Assembly: GCA_965215505.1 (NCBI GenBank)
Contig: OZ244065.1
Span: 5,472,001 to 5,536,000, forward strand
DNA from: Capsulimonadaceae bacterium
GTDB taxonomy: Bacteria; Armatimonadota; Armatimonadia; Armatimonadales; Capsulimonadaceae
Reading direction: 5' to 3'
DNA length: 64,000 nt
Below the pieces are notes generated by a model. That model had not been told where the DNA came from. It did no database searches and saw nothing but the letters and a program-made list of their open reading frames with translations. The stretch's first letter is position 1, and the number at the start of each line of letters is the position of its first letter. The position numbers and the translations under genes were made by a program. Positions 37,963 through 46,997 of this stretch are shown here, piece by piece.

Positions 37963-38628
37963 ATGTATGTAATCGTCGTGGGCGGCGGCAAAGTCGGCTA
38001 CTACCTGACCAAACAGCTCTTGACCGAGGACCACGAAGTCCTGCTGCTCGAAAAGGACCGGCGGCGGCAGGCGATGCTGTCCGAACAGCTCGGCGAGGTC
38101 GTCGTGCAGGGGGACGGCTGCGAGGTGCGGATCATGACCGAGGCTGGCTTCGGGCGGGCCGACGTCATCGTGGCCGTGACGGGGGACGATGAGGACAACC
38201 TGGTCATCTGCCAGATGGCGAAGAAAAAGTTCCAGGCCCCCCGCACCGTCGCCCGTGTCAACGACCCGGCGAATCGGGTCCTGTTCGAGAAGCTCGGCAT
38301 TGATACGACCGTTTCCAGCACCCAGATCATCTTCAACCTGCTCGAACAGCAGATCGAGCCGGGCGAGATCATCCCGCTCGGCGCGCTCCGCAACGGCAAC
38401 ATCGAGGTGGTCGCCATCAACGTCTCCGAGCGTTCCCCGGTCCTGAACCGGAACGTCAAGGACCTGCCCCTCCCCGGCAATGCGCTGGTCATCTCGGTCG
38501 TCCGCGCCGACCTCGCCCTGCTCCCCCAGGGCGACATCCGGTTCGAGGCCGGCGACACCGTGATCGCCATGGTCGCCGCCGCCGAGGAACCGCAGCTCCG
38601 GCACGTCTTCGGCGAGTCGCACCATTAG
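37963..38628 (+). CDS. trkA: TrkA family K+ uptake protein (N and C domains)
   Basis: VVGGGKVG, GDG, TGDDEDNL. Confidence 0.92.
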   Translation: MYVIVVGGGKVGYYLTKQLLTEDHEVLLLEKDRRRQAMLSEQLGEVVVQGDGCEVRIMTEAGFGRADVIVAVTGDDEDNLVICQMAKKKFQAPRTVARVNDPANRVLFEKLGIDTTVSSTQIIFNLLEQQIEPGEIIPLGALRNGNIEVVAINVSERSPVLNRNVKDLPLPGNALVISVVRADLALLPQGDIRFEAGDTVIAMVAAAEEPQLRHVFGESHH

Positions 38629-38643
38629 GCCGGGGCTGACAGC

Positions 38644-39372
38644 GTGAGACGAAAGCCCGCCCTCCTGACGCTCCTGGCCGTCACCATCGCCCTGGCCGCG
38701 CTCCTGTTCCTGCGCCGACCCCCGCCCGTCCCTCCGCCGGTCGTCCTGCACCCGACATCCGCGCAGGCCCTCCAAACACGTCGTCACCTGGAAGCCTTGC
38801 AGCAGCAGCTCCAGCCCGAACCACTTGCGCCCGAAGCGCCCGCGCCGGACGAACCAAAGACGCGGACGGCGACCGCCCCGGCGGGGCATCCGCGTCCCGC
38901 CCCGCCCAGGCCGCGCACCCTGCGACTGTCCGAAGAGGACCTGAACGTCTACCTCGCGGACGACCGCGCGACCCGCAAGATGCTGGCCGCGCGCGGGGTC
39001 AAGGCCGTCCAGGTCATCCTCTCCGAGCCGGCGGACCTGACGATCCGCGCCGCCATCGTCGTCAAGGGCCACACGCAGAACGTCCAGCTCGACGGCGGCC
39101 TGGCCCCTGACCCAAAGCTAGGCCTGCGCTTCACCGCCACCCACGCCCAGGTCGGGCGCTTCCCCCTGCCGCCCGCCGTCGTCACCAGCCAGGCTAACGC
39201 CCTCGCCGCCCGCCTGGCGGGCCAGATGCACGGCCGCCTCCCGCTCGCCATCCAGAGCGTCCGGGTGCAGGACAAGATGCTGGTGCTGACCGGCCTGCCG
39301 GTCCGCAGGCCCCGCGTCAGGCCGGCCGCCCCCCCGGCGTCTCCACCACCAGTGTCACCGGGCCGTCGTTAG
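38644..39372 (+). CDS. Hypothetical membrane-anchored protein (LmeA/DUF2993-like lipid-binding fold possible)
   Basis: N-terminal [27 protein letters not shown]. Confidence 0.55.
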   Translation: MRRKPALLTLLAVTIALAALLFLRRPPPVPPPVVLHPTSAQALQTRRHLEALQQQLQPEPLAPEAPAPDEPKTRTATAPAGHPRPAPPRPRTLRLSEEDLNVYLADDRATRKMLAARGVKAVQVILSEPADLTIRAAIVVKGHTQNVQLDGGLAPDPKLGLRFTATHAQVGRFPLPPAVVTSQANALAARLAGQMHGRLPLAIQSVRVQDKMLVLTGLPVRRPRVRPAAPPASPPPVSPGRR

Positions 39373-39775
39373 CCACCTCCACCAGCATGTCCGCCCCGAA
39401 CTCCCCCGTCTTCACCCCGACCCCGCACGCCCGCACTGCGGCCACGAACGCCTCATACAGCGGCTCGGCGACGGCGGGCGCGGCGGCCCCCGTGAACGAC
39501 GGCCTCCGCCCCTTGCGCGCGTCCCCCAGCAGGGTGAACTGCGAGACGACCAGCATCGCCCCGCCCGTCTCCAGCAGTGACAGGTTCATTTTGCCGTCCC
39601 CGTCTTCAAAGACCCGCAGGCCGACCAGCTTCTCCGCCAGCCACTCGGCGTCGGCGGTTGTGTCCCCCGGCGCGACGCCCAGCAGCGTCATCAGCCCCGG
39701 CCCGATCTCCCGCCGCTCCCCCGACGCCTTCAGCGTCACGCTCGCCCGCGCCGCCCTTTGTATGACTGCCCTCAT
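39317..39775 (-). CDS. dtd: D-aminoacyl-tRNA deacylase
   Basis: MRAVIQR, VSQFTL, GRRPSF, NDGPVT. Confidence 0.95.
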   Translation of the reverse strand: MRAVIQRAARASVTLKASGERREIGPGLMTLLGVAPGDTTADAEWLAEKLVGLRVFEDGDGKMNLSLLETGGAMLVVSQFTLLGDARKGRRPSFTGAAAPAVAEPLYEAFVAAVRACGVGVKTGEFGADMLVEVANDGPVTLVVETPGGRPA

Positions 39776-39832
39776 GTGGGGATTATACCTACGGGGCGGG
39801 TACAATGACCTCGACTTAAAGGAGTCCATGCC

Positions 39833-40132
39833 ATGCGCGTACCCAAGCTGTCCGAAGAAGAAATCAACCTGCACCTGGCGAGACTGCCGGGCTGGACCCG
39901 CGAGGGGGACACCCTCACCAAGACTTACCAGTTCAAGGACTTCGGCCACGCGCTCGGCTTCGTTAATCAGGTCGCCCAGGCGGCGGAGGCGGCGGACCAC
40001 CACCCGGACATCCTGATCCGTTACAGCAGGGTCACGCTGACATTGACCACGCACGACTCGGGGGGGCTGACGCTGAACGACGTGGACCTGGCCGCCGCCT
40101 GCGACGATTACGCGGACGGGACCGGCCGATGA
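39833..40132 (+). CDS. phhB: Pterin-4a-carbinolamine dehydratase
   Basis: [15 protein letters not shown]. Confidence 0.93.
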   Translation: MRVPKLSEEEINLHLARLPGWTREGDTLTKTYQFKDFGHALGFVNQVAQAAEAADHHPDILIRYSRVTLTLTTHDSGGLTLNDVDLAAACDDYADGTGR

Positions 40133-41271
40133 TGCCGCCCCGGATCGCGCTCATCGCTCTGTTTGCCCTGATCGTCCTGCGCCCCGCCCTGGCCGACGGC
40201 TGGACGCCGACGGTCAACGCCATGACGGACCCGCGCTGGGCACCCGCCTACACGCTGCTTGCGGGCGGGGCGCGCGGGCTGGTCGCGGGCGGCTATTCGT
40301 TCCCGACGGACCGGTGCGTCGCGACGGCGGACGAGTTCGACCCGCAGACGCGCCGATTTATCCCCTGCGCGGGGCGGCTCCAGGTGCCGCGAAACTTCGC
40401 CCACGCCACCCCGCTCCCCGACGGTCATGTCTTGATTTCAGGCGGCTACAACACCGTCCTCGGCACCCTGAACTACGCCGAGCTGTATGACCCCGTCGCG
40501 CGCACCTTCGCGCTCCTCCCGAGCCACCTCAACGCCCCGCGTGAGCTGTTCACGGCCACCGCTCTGTCTGACGGGCGCGTCCTCCTGGTGGGCGGCTTCA
40601 ACACGCACCGGGGCCGGACGCAGGCGACCGCAGAGGTCTATGATCCCGCCACACAGGCGTTCACCCCGACCGGCTCGCTCGCGACCGACCGCTTCGGGCA
40701 GGATGCCGTCCGGCTGGCCGACGGGCGCGTCCTGGTCGTCGGCGGGACGCACTGGTTCGTCCGCCGCCCGACCACCAAACTCGCCTCGGCGGAGATCTAC
40801 GACCCCGCCATGGGCCGGTTCCACGAGACGACCGTCCCGATGCACTTCCCGCGCGACCGGCCCACGGCGACCCTGCTGCCGGACGGGACCGTCCTCATCG
40901 CGGGCGGCCAGAACGACGCGGGCGAGCCGGAGCAGGCCGAGGTCTTCGATCCCAAGGCCGAGACGTTCACCCTCCTGCCCGCCAGGATGGTCGCCCCCCG
41001 TATGGCCCACGCCGCCGCCGCCCTCCCCGGCGGGTCGGTCCTGCTGGCGGGCGGGTGGAGTGTCCCGCTGTCCGCAACGACCGGCAGCGCGGAGCGTTTC
41101 GATCCAGCCTCTCAGCTCTTTACGGCGGCCCCTTCTTTACCCCAGGGCGCGCACGATCAGGCCCTGCTCGTGTTCCCCACGGGCCTCGTTCTTGTCGCGG
41201 GCGGGAAGCAGGCGGGCGGGGGAAAAGAAACGTCGCTGGCGACCGGATACACCCTGAAAATGCGCCCGTAA
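40129..41271 (+). CDS. Secreted Kelch/galactose-oxidase-like beta-propeller protein
   Basis: About six repeats of R..TATLLxDGxVLxxGG...AExYDP. Confidence 0.88.
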   Translation: MMPPRIALIALFALIVLRPALADGWTPTVNAMTDPRWAPAYTLLAGGARGLVAGGYSFPTDRCVATADEFDPQTRRFIPCAGRLQVPRNFAHATPLPDGHVLISGGYNTVLGTLNYAELYDPVARTFALLPSHLNAPRELFTATALSDGRVLLVGGFNTHRGRTQATAEVYDPATQAFTPTGSLATDRFGQDAVRLADGRVLVVGGTHWFVRRPTTKLASAEIYDPAMGRFHETTVPMHFPRDRPTATLLPDGTVLIAGGQNDAGEPEQAEVFDPKAETFTLLPARMVAPRMAHAAAALPGGSVLLAGGWSVPLSATTGSAERFDPASQLFTAAPSLPQGAHDQALLVFPTGLVLVAGGKQAGGGKETSLATGYTLKMRP

Positions 41272-41350
41272 ACCTTCCATCAGCAATAACACGCGCAAAC
41301 CCGGTATCTGTGGCAGTAAGCGTATCCGCGCACCCCGCCGAAGATAGGAA

Positions 41351-41545
41351 TGTACCGGATGGTACTGAGCAAGACTGAGAAAAACAACCAAAGACAACTG
41401 AATAGCGAGAAGAACTGACGAACCCACCGACGCCTGCGCCGGACGAACACCCGGAACAAACACGCTCCGGGCCTCGCCGGCAAGGATGCCGTAACACAAG
41501 AAGTAATGACCCGACGAACCTGCCGCCTCCCGTCGGGTCTTTTCT
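41351..41545 (+). ncRNA. Candidate small RNA (unassigned family)
   Basis: Intergenic A-rich tract between a sigma28-like promoter (TAAG-N16-GCCGAAGA, 41317-41344) and a terminator; short hairpins with GGA loops. Confidence 0.4.
41508..41545 (+). terminator. Intrinsic terminator
   Basis: gacccgacg (41508-41516) pairs with cgtcgggtc (41531-41539), followed by a T-rich tail. Confidence 0.75.
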
Positions 41546-41557
41546 TGTCTAGCCCGA

Positions 41558-42532
41558 TCAGACGCCCACCGCCCGCCTCCGGCTCCCATAGATATAAGAC
41601 ACCAGCGCGACGAACTGCACCCCCGCAAGCCCGAACTTCGCCCAGTGCGGCAGGGACGAGTGCGAGACGTTCCCCTCCAATATTCCCGCCGTGATCCACA
41701 GCGGCAAGGTCCCCACCATCAGCTTGCAGGCGTCCCGGCCGTTCGTGATCAGGGCGTCCTTACGGGAATACGCTCCCGGCGCGAGCAATGCCCAGCCGAT
41801 GCACAGGCCCGCCCCCCCACAGATGAAGGTCGCCGACAGCTCGCAGACGCCGTGCGGCAGCAGGCCCGCCCACATGGAGGTCAGGTGCCCCGTCGGCTGA
41901 ACCACCGCGTCCAGGGCACCGATCATGCTCCCGTTCTGGAACATCAGGATGATCGGCAGAACCAAAGTGATGCCCGTCGCGAAGGCCGTGATTCCCACCT
42001 GCGTGTTGTGGGTCATCAGGCTGGAGGAGAACAGGATGCCGCCGCCCAGCGTACTCTGCTCATGGTCCGCCCTGCCTTTCTTCCAGAAGTCCACGGCGTC
42101 CATCAGCTCGCCGGGGAAGTACAGGGCGAGCTGCGTCGGGTCCCGGTGGACCATCGTGTAAGCAAGCAGCGCGCCGATGACGTTCAGCAGGATGGCCGCC
42201 AGGACGAACGGCATCCGGCGGCGCAGGACGTCCGGCAGGCCGTAGGCGAGGAACCCCCACACCCGCCCCCAGCCGCCGGACTCTTCGGCATAAATGACGC
42301 CGTGCGCGTTCCCCACCAGCTCATTCAGGTATAATACCAAATTAGGATTGGCCCCCTGCGCCCGCGCATAGGCGAGGTCGGCCGCCGCCCGCCGGTACAG
42401 GGACCCCAGGGCGGGCAGCTCCTCTTTAGACAGGTGTTTCAGCCCGCCGTTCTTGGTGCGCTCGACGATGACCGAGAGCCGCTCCCAGCCCGCCCGCTTG
42501 CCGTTGATGAATGCCCGTTCGTCTATTGCCAT
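41558..42532 (-). CDS. SpoIIM/DUF95 family membrane protein
   Basis: LYRRAAADLAYAR, HNTQVG, LLPHGVCEL, AGILEG. Confidence 0.88.
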   Translation of the reverse strand: MAIDERAFINGKRAGWERLSVIVERTKNGGLKHLSKEELPALGSLYRRAAADLAYARAQGANPNLVLYLNELVGNAHGVIYAEESGGWGRVWGFLAYGLPDVLRRRMPFVLAAILLNVIGALLAYTMVHRDPTQLALYFPGELMDAVDFWKKGRADHEQSTLGGGILFSSSLMTHNTQVGITAFATGITLVLPIILMFQNGSMIGALDAVVQPTGHLTSMWAGLLPHGVCELSATFICGGAGLCIGWALLAPGAYSRKDALITNGRDACKLMVGTLPLWITAGILEGNVSHSSLPHWAKFGLAGVQFVALVSYIYGSRRRAVGV

Positions 42533-42549
42533 AGTGGCCCTATTATACC

Positions 42550-43035
42550 GTGAAAACCGCCATGACCATCCGCTTCACCAAGGGCGGGGATAAACCCGAC
42601 ACGCTGACCTGCCGGCGTGGCGACGGCTCCTGCACCTGGACCGCGCTCAATCTGGCCGCGGGGCACGACCTGGGCCACTACGCCATCGAGACGACATTGG
42701 GCTTCCGTGACGCCTTCTTCGGGCTGATCGCGCAAGGATGGGCCATCCAGGACTTCGGCCGGCCAGACCCGGAGACGGGGCGGAAACCTGCCGTGCCGCC
42801 CGAAGCCATGCAGGCCGAAGTGCTGGCCGGCCTCCTGGATTTGGAGCGCCGCTCCGACCACCCGCCGACGTTCCCGGCGTTCGAGGAGATGCTGACGAGC
42901 GCCTGCGCCGGGCTGGGCCTGCCCGCGCCCGCGCTCGGGGCGGCCGAGCTGATGGCGATCCGCGCCCGCCACACCGCCCTGCTCCGCCGGTGGGCGGACT
43001 TGACCGAGGGGACGGCCCTGGAACTGGACTTCTAA
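42550..43035 (+). CDS. Hypothetical protein (HDLGH..E motif)
   Basis: Strong coding bias; possible metal-binding HxxxH..E motif; start may be ATG 42562. Confidence 0.7.
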   Translation: MKTAMTIRFTKGGDKPDTLTCRRGDGSCTWTALNLAAGHDLGHYAIETTLGFRDAFFGLIAQGWAIQDFGRPDPETGRKPAVPPEAMQAEVLAGLLDLERRSDHPPTFPAFEEMLTSACAGLGLPAPALGAAELMAIRARHTALLRRWADLTEGTALELDF

Positions 43036-43037
43036 CC

Positions 43038-43928
43038 ATGTCACGCGAAATTCTAGTCGTCACGCCCGAGAACATCGAGATCGAATACGAGCTGGCCGGG
43101 ATCGGCTCGCGCTTCCTCGCCAACCTCCTCGACTCCCTGCTCCAGACGGCCATCTACCTCGGCATGTGGATCGTCGTCGGCATCATCGCCGGTATCGTCA
43201 GCGTGACGGCCGGTGCCTTCTCGCGCGCCCTGGCCGCGTTCTTCGGCGAGGTCTGGGTCGCCCTCGCCCTCATCGCCGGCTTCCTCGTCCTGTGGGGCTA
43301 TTTCATCTGGTTTGAGACCGCCTGGAACGGGCAAACGCCCGGCAAGCGGCAGCTCGGCCTGCGCGTCATCCGCGACGGCGGCTACCCGATCAACGTCTTC
43401 GCCGCCATCGCCCGCAACCTCATCCGCATCATGGACGGCATGCCGCTCGCCGCATTAGCCCTGCTCGGCATCGGCTACTTCGGCAAGCAGCCGCTCATCG
43501 GCGCGATGGGCGGCCTGTGCATCCTCATCCCCGTCCTGTGCATGCTCCTCTCCGCCCGCTACCAGCGGCTCGGCGACTTCGTCGCCGGGACCATGGTCGT
43601 CAAGCAGCGCGCCCCGCGCGTCCCGACCCTGGAAGCCCTGGCCCCGCCGCCGCGCGTCCTGCCCGAACACCTCGCCCCCTACGCCCTCGCCGACATCGGC
43701 CGCCACGTCTACGAGATGACCGTGCCCGAGTACCGCGCCGTCCGCCACTACATAGACCGCCGCTGGCAGCTCCCCCCGCAGGTCCAGCAGACATCCGCCA
43801 TGCGCCTCGCCGTCCCCCTGATGAAGCGGCTCGGCATCGTCCCCCCCGCCGGCGTCATCTCCGTCAACTACGCCGACTTCTTGGAGTATTTAGCGGTTGC
43901 GTTTGAGCAGTACCGGGGCGTGAAGTAG
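43038..43928 (+). CDS. RDD family membrane protein
   Basis: TPENIEIEYELAGIGSRFLA, GQTPGKR, QRLGDFVAGT. Confidence 0.9.
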   Translation: MSREILVVTPENIEIEYELAGIGSRFLANLLDSLLQTAIYLGMWIVVGIIAGIVSVTAGAFSRALAAFFGEVWVALALIAGFLVLWGYFIWFETAWNGQTPGKRQLGLRVIRDGGYPINVFAAIARNLIRIMDGMPLAALALLGIGYFGKQPLIGAMGGLCILIPVLCMLLSARYQRLGDFVAGTMVVKQRAPRVPTLEALAPPPRVLPEHLAPYALADIGRHVYEMTVPEYRAVRHYIDRRWQLPPQVQQTSAMRLAVPLMKRLGIVPPAGVISVNYADFLEYLAVAFEQYRGVK

Positions 43929-43978
43929 AGGAACGTCCCGGACTTCAAGCAACAGGCCACTCAACCTGGCCACAGAAG

Positions 43979-44120
43979 GCCATGTGTTGAAACACACGTC
44001 TATTCAGCGCAGACGCTAGGAAGTACCGCTTCGCGGCACTTGGAGAAATCTTCACCTGATCCCCGCGAAGCGAGGATTGTTGGCGTCTGCGCCGTCTAGC
44101 CGTGTGTTTCAACACATGGT
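43979..44120. repeat. 142-bp palindromic REPIN/MITE-like element, copy 2 (diverged)
   Basis: Same length and same terminal (ccatgtgtt.aaacacacg / gccgtctagccgtgtgttt.aacacatggt) and internal hairpin motifs as 3437-3578. Confidence 0.88.
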
Positions 44121-44124
44121 CCTA

Positions 44125-45316
44125 GTAGCCTAACCTGGTAGAATGGATGAGTCTGAGGAGGCTTATCCGATGTCCGCGAAGAAATATCATGTGTCTCTGG
44201 CCGAGGCCGAGCGCGCCGAGCTTCTGCGCCTGAGCAAGTCCCAGCGCCACTCCGAGCGCGAGCGCAAACGCGCCCGCATCCTGTTGCTGGCCGACGAAGC
44301 CAAAGAAGGCGGCGCGGACAAAGATGCCGCCATCGCCCAGCAGGTCAAGGTCGCCCCGCTCACCGTCACCCGCGTCCGTCAACGCTTCTCCGAGCGCGGC
44401 CTGCACAAAGGTCTGGCCCATAAAGAACAAGAAACGCGCAAAGCCCGCGTCCTCGACGGAGAAGCCGAAGCCTTTCTGGTCGCCACCACATGCAGTACGC
44501 CGCCCGAGGGCCACAAGCGCTGGAGCCTGCGCCTGCTGAGGGACGCGCTCATCGAGCAGCAGATCGTGGACGCCATCGGCAAAGAGACCGTGCGCCAGGC
44601 GCTAAAAAAAATGAACTCAAGCCGTGGCTAAAGAAATGCTGGTGCATCCCGCCCGAGCAGAATGCCGAGTTCGTCTTCCGCATGGAAGATGTGCTCTCGG
44701 TCTACCAGAGGCCGCAGGACGAGAAGCGTCCCCTGGTCTGTCTGGACGAGGCCAGCAAGCAGCTCTTGTCTGACGCGCGGCCTGCGCTCCCGATGACGGC
44801 GGGGCAGCCCGCCCGCCAGGACAGCGAATATGTGCGGAACGGGACGGCCAGTTTGTTCATGGTCTCTGAGCCGCTGGCGGGCAAGCGGCACGTCCATGTG
44901 ACCGCCCAGCGCACCTGCCAGGACTTCGCCCGCGTCATCCTGCATCTGGTGGATGTGCTGCATCCTGACGCGGAGAAGATCGTTCTGGTCATGGACAACC
45001 TGAACACGCATACGCCCGCCAGCTTATACCGCGCCTTTCTGCCTGCGGAGGCCAAGCGGCTGGCCGACAGACTTGAGGTGCATTACACGCCCAAGCACGG
45101 CTCGTGGCTGAACATGGCCGAGATCGAGTTGTCCGTCTTGGCGCGGCAGTGTTTGTCTGAGCGCTTGGGCGACCAAGAGAACCTGCAAAGGCAAGTGGCG
45201 GCTTGGCAAGGTAGGCGCAACGCGAGTGCCGCCAAGATTGACTGGCGGTTCACGACGGAAGACGCCCGCATCAAACTGAAGCGGCTCTACCCCACTATCC
45301 TACCAGGTTAGACTAC
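44125..45316 (+). mobile_element. IS630-family insertion sequence, complete
   Basis: TIRs gtagcctaacctggtagaat / atcctaccaggttagactac; TA duplication at 44123-44124 and 45317-45318 in CTAG context. Confidence 0.93.
44170..45311 (+). CDS. IS630 transposase, orfA (HTH) and orfB (DDE) joined by -1 frameshift
   Basis: A8 run at 44604-44611 joins ..RQALKK to NELKPW..; CLDE, VMDNLNTH, TPKHGSWLNMAEIE. Confidence 0.92.
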
Positions 45317-45350
45317 TAGTTCACGATACGGTCAGGCTTCGGAGATCACA

Positions 45351-45833
45351 ATGGGCAGTGAAATGACGGCCTTCATCGAGTACGATGAGGAGTACGCAGA
45401 CCAGCTATTCCTCCTTCGCGTCAGGCGAGTGCCCCTCAACGACGTCAAAGAACTGCCGCTGCCGTTCGCACCGGGCAGCAGCATCGTGAGCTTGACCGTA
45501 CAGGAAGGGCTATACACCGGCTCAAAAGATTATGCGTTCTTCGGGGCAGTTTCGGGCGTCCGCAATAGGACAGGCATTGAGCCGCTTCATTCGCCGCGCG
45601 GCTTGCCTCTTGTTCTGAGTATGCATGTCAACTGGGCAGTGAAAAGCGACGCGTTTGATGGGTTGAGCGGCATCGGGTGGCTGACGCTGGAGGAGATAAA
45701 CGCAGCGCTCGACCATCAAGCGGTCAACCGCGATTTTTTGAGCAACGAGACGCTGGCGATCATGGATGTCATGGGTGCCCTTGAAAAACGTTTCGGGCTA
45801 AATTGAGTGCGGTTGATATTCGGCTTTGACTGA
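45351..45833 (+). pseudogene. Hypothetical protein with probable premature TGA at 45804-45806
   Basis: Frame continues ..KRFGLN*VRLIFGFD*; the post-stop peptide looks like a conserved terminal beta-strand. Confidence 0.5.
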
Positions 45834-45854
45834 CCGTGAGACGCAGACCGCCGG

Positions 45855-45884
45855 TTGACGCGCCCCCCTGTTTTCCAGTATAAT
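45855..45884 (+). promoter_or_regulatory. sigma70-type promoter for rfbD
   Basis: TTGACG-N18-TATAAT; ATG 10 nt downstream. Confidence 0.75.
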
Positions 45885-45894
45885 AACCCTCACG

Positions 45895-46791
45895 ATGCGA
45901 ATACTCATCACCGGCGCGGCGGGGATGTTGGGGACCGACGCGCGGCGCCTCTTCGCCGCGTCGGGGCACACAGTCATCCCGACCGATGTCGGTCCCGCCG
46001 CGACCGGCGACATCCGCCCGCTGGACATCACGGACGGGGCCGCCGTGCGCGCGTTTTTTGCGGAAACGAACCCCGGCCTCGTTTTCCACGGCGCGGCCTA
46101 CACCAACGTGGACGGGTGCGAGCGGGACCCAGACCTGGCGCACCGCGTCAATGCCCTGGGGGCGTGGAACGTGGCGAGCGCGGCGGACCAGATCGGCGCG
46201 GCCCTGGTCGCCGTTTCCACCGATTTTGTGTTTGACGGGGCGAAGGGCACGCCCTACACCGAGTTCGACGCCCCTTGCCCGATCAGCCACTACGGGGCCT
46301 CCAAGCTGGCGGGCGAGAACCTGGCGCGGGCCGTCTGCCGCCGGTGCTACGTCGTCCGCACGTCCTGGATGTACGGGGTGCATGGGAAGAACTTCCCGTA
46401 CACGGTCATCGCCCTGGCGAAGACCAAACCCGAGCTGCCCATCGTCGCCGACCAGTTTGGGACGCCGACGTACACGGTAGACTTTCTGGAAGCGGTGCTG
46501 GACATCATTCGGACGCCCTTGTACGGCATCTACCACGTCAGCAACGGCGGCGAGACGAGTTGGGCAGGCTTTGCGAGGGCGATCCTTGCCGGAACGGACC
46601 TGGCCCATGTGCCCGTCAGGCCGATCACCTCGGACGAGTACGCGCGGATGTTCGGCTCACCGACCCGCCGCCCCGCTTACAGCGTCCTGCGCCACTACGC
46701 GCTGGAGATGATGGGTAAAGACACCCTGCGGCCCTGGGAGAACGCCCTGGACGCTTTTCTGTTTTCGGCCCGCGAACACGGGAAGATTTAG
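45895..46791 (+). CDS. rfbD: dTDP-4-dehydrorhamnose reductase
   Basis: TGAAGMLG, AAYTNVD, STDFVFDG, YGASKLAGE, DQFGTPT. Confidence 0.95.
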   Translation: MRILITGAAGMLGTDARRLFAASGHTVIPTDVGPAATGDIRPLDITDGAAVRAFFAETNPGLVFHGAAYTNVDGCERDPDLAHRVNALGAWNVASAADQIGAALVAVSTDFVFDGAKGTPYTEFDAPCPISHYGASKLAGENLARAVCRRCYVVRTSWMYGVHGKNFPYTVIALAKTKPELPIVADQFGTPTYTVDFLEAVLDIIRTPLYGIYHVSNGGETSWAGFARAILAGTDLAHVPVRPITSDEYARMFGSPTRRPAYSVLRHYALEMMGKDTLRPWENALDAFLFSAREHGKI

Positions 46792-46902
46792 CACGCAAAA
46801 AATGCGAAAACGAACCACAACAAGTGTGACGGGAAACATGATGGAACCGGCGCTGGCAGCCTCCTGCCTGCGCCGCGTGATTGGGGACCTCTCGATACGC
46901 GC

Positions 46903-46930
46903 GTAGGGGCGCGATTCATCGCGCCCTTCC
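46903..46930 (+). repeat. GTAG-type REP
   Basis: GTAG-gggcgcga-ttca-tcgcgccc-ttcc. Confidence 0.7.
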
Positions 46931-46997
46931 TGACGCCGCCCCGTGATGCTCGCCCAACGCCTGCATCCGACCCGCCCTGATTCGAGAGGACACCCCC

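Noticed and set aside
41295-41345. c-di-GMP-I riboswitch (GCAAAC seed)
   Set aside because: No GNRA-capped stem or second conserved stem, and no downstream co-oriented gene.
44604-44611. IS630 split as a pseudogene
   Set aside because: An A-run at this position with a -1 frame relation is the usual programmed frameshift of this family.
45804-45806. Selenocysteine recoding of the in-frame TGA
   Set aside because: No redox/Cys context and no convincing SECIS-like hairpin seen immediately downstream.
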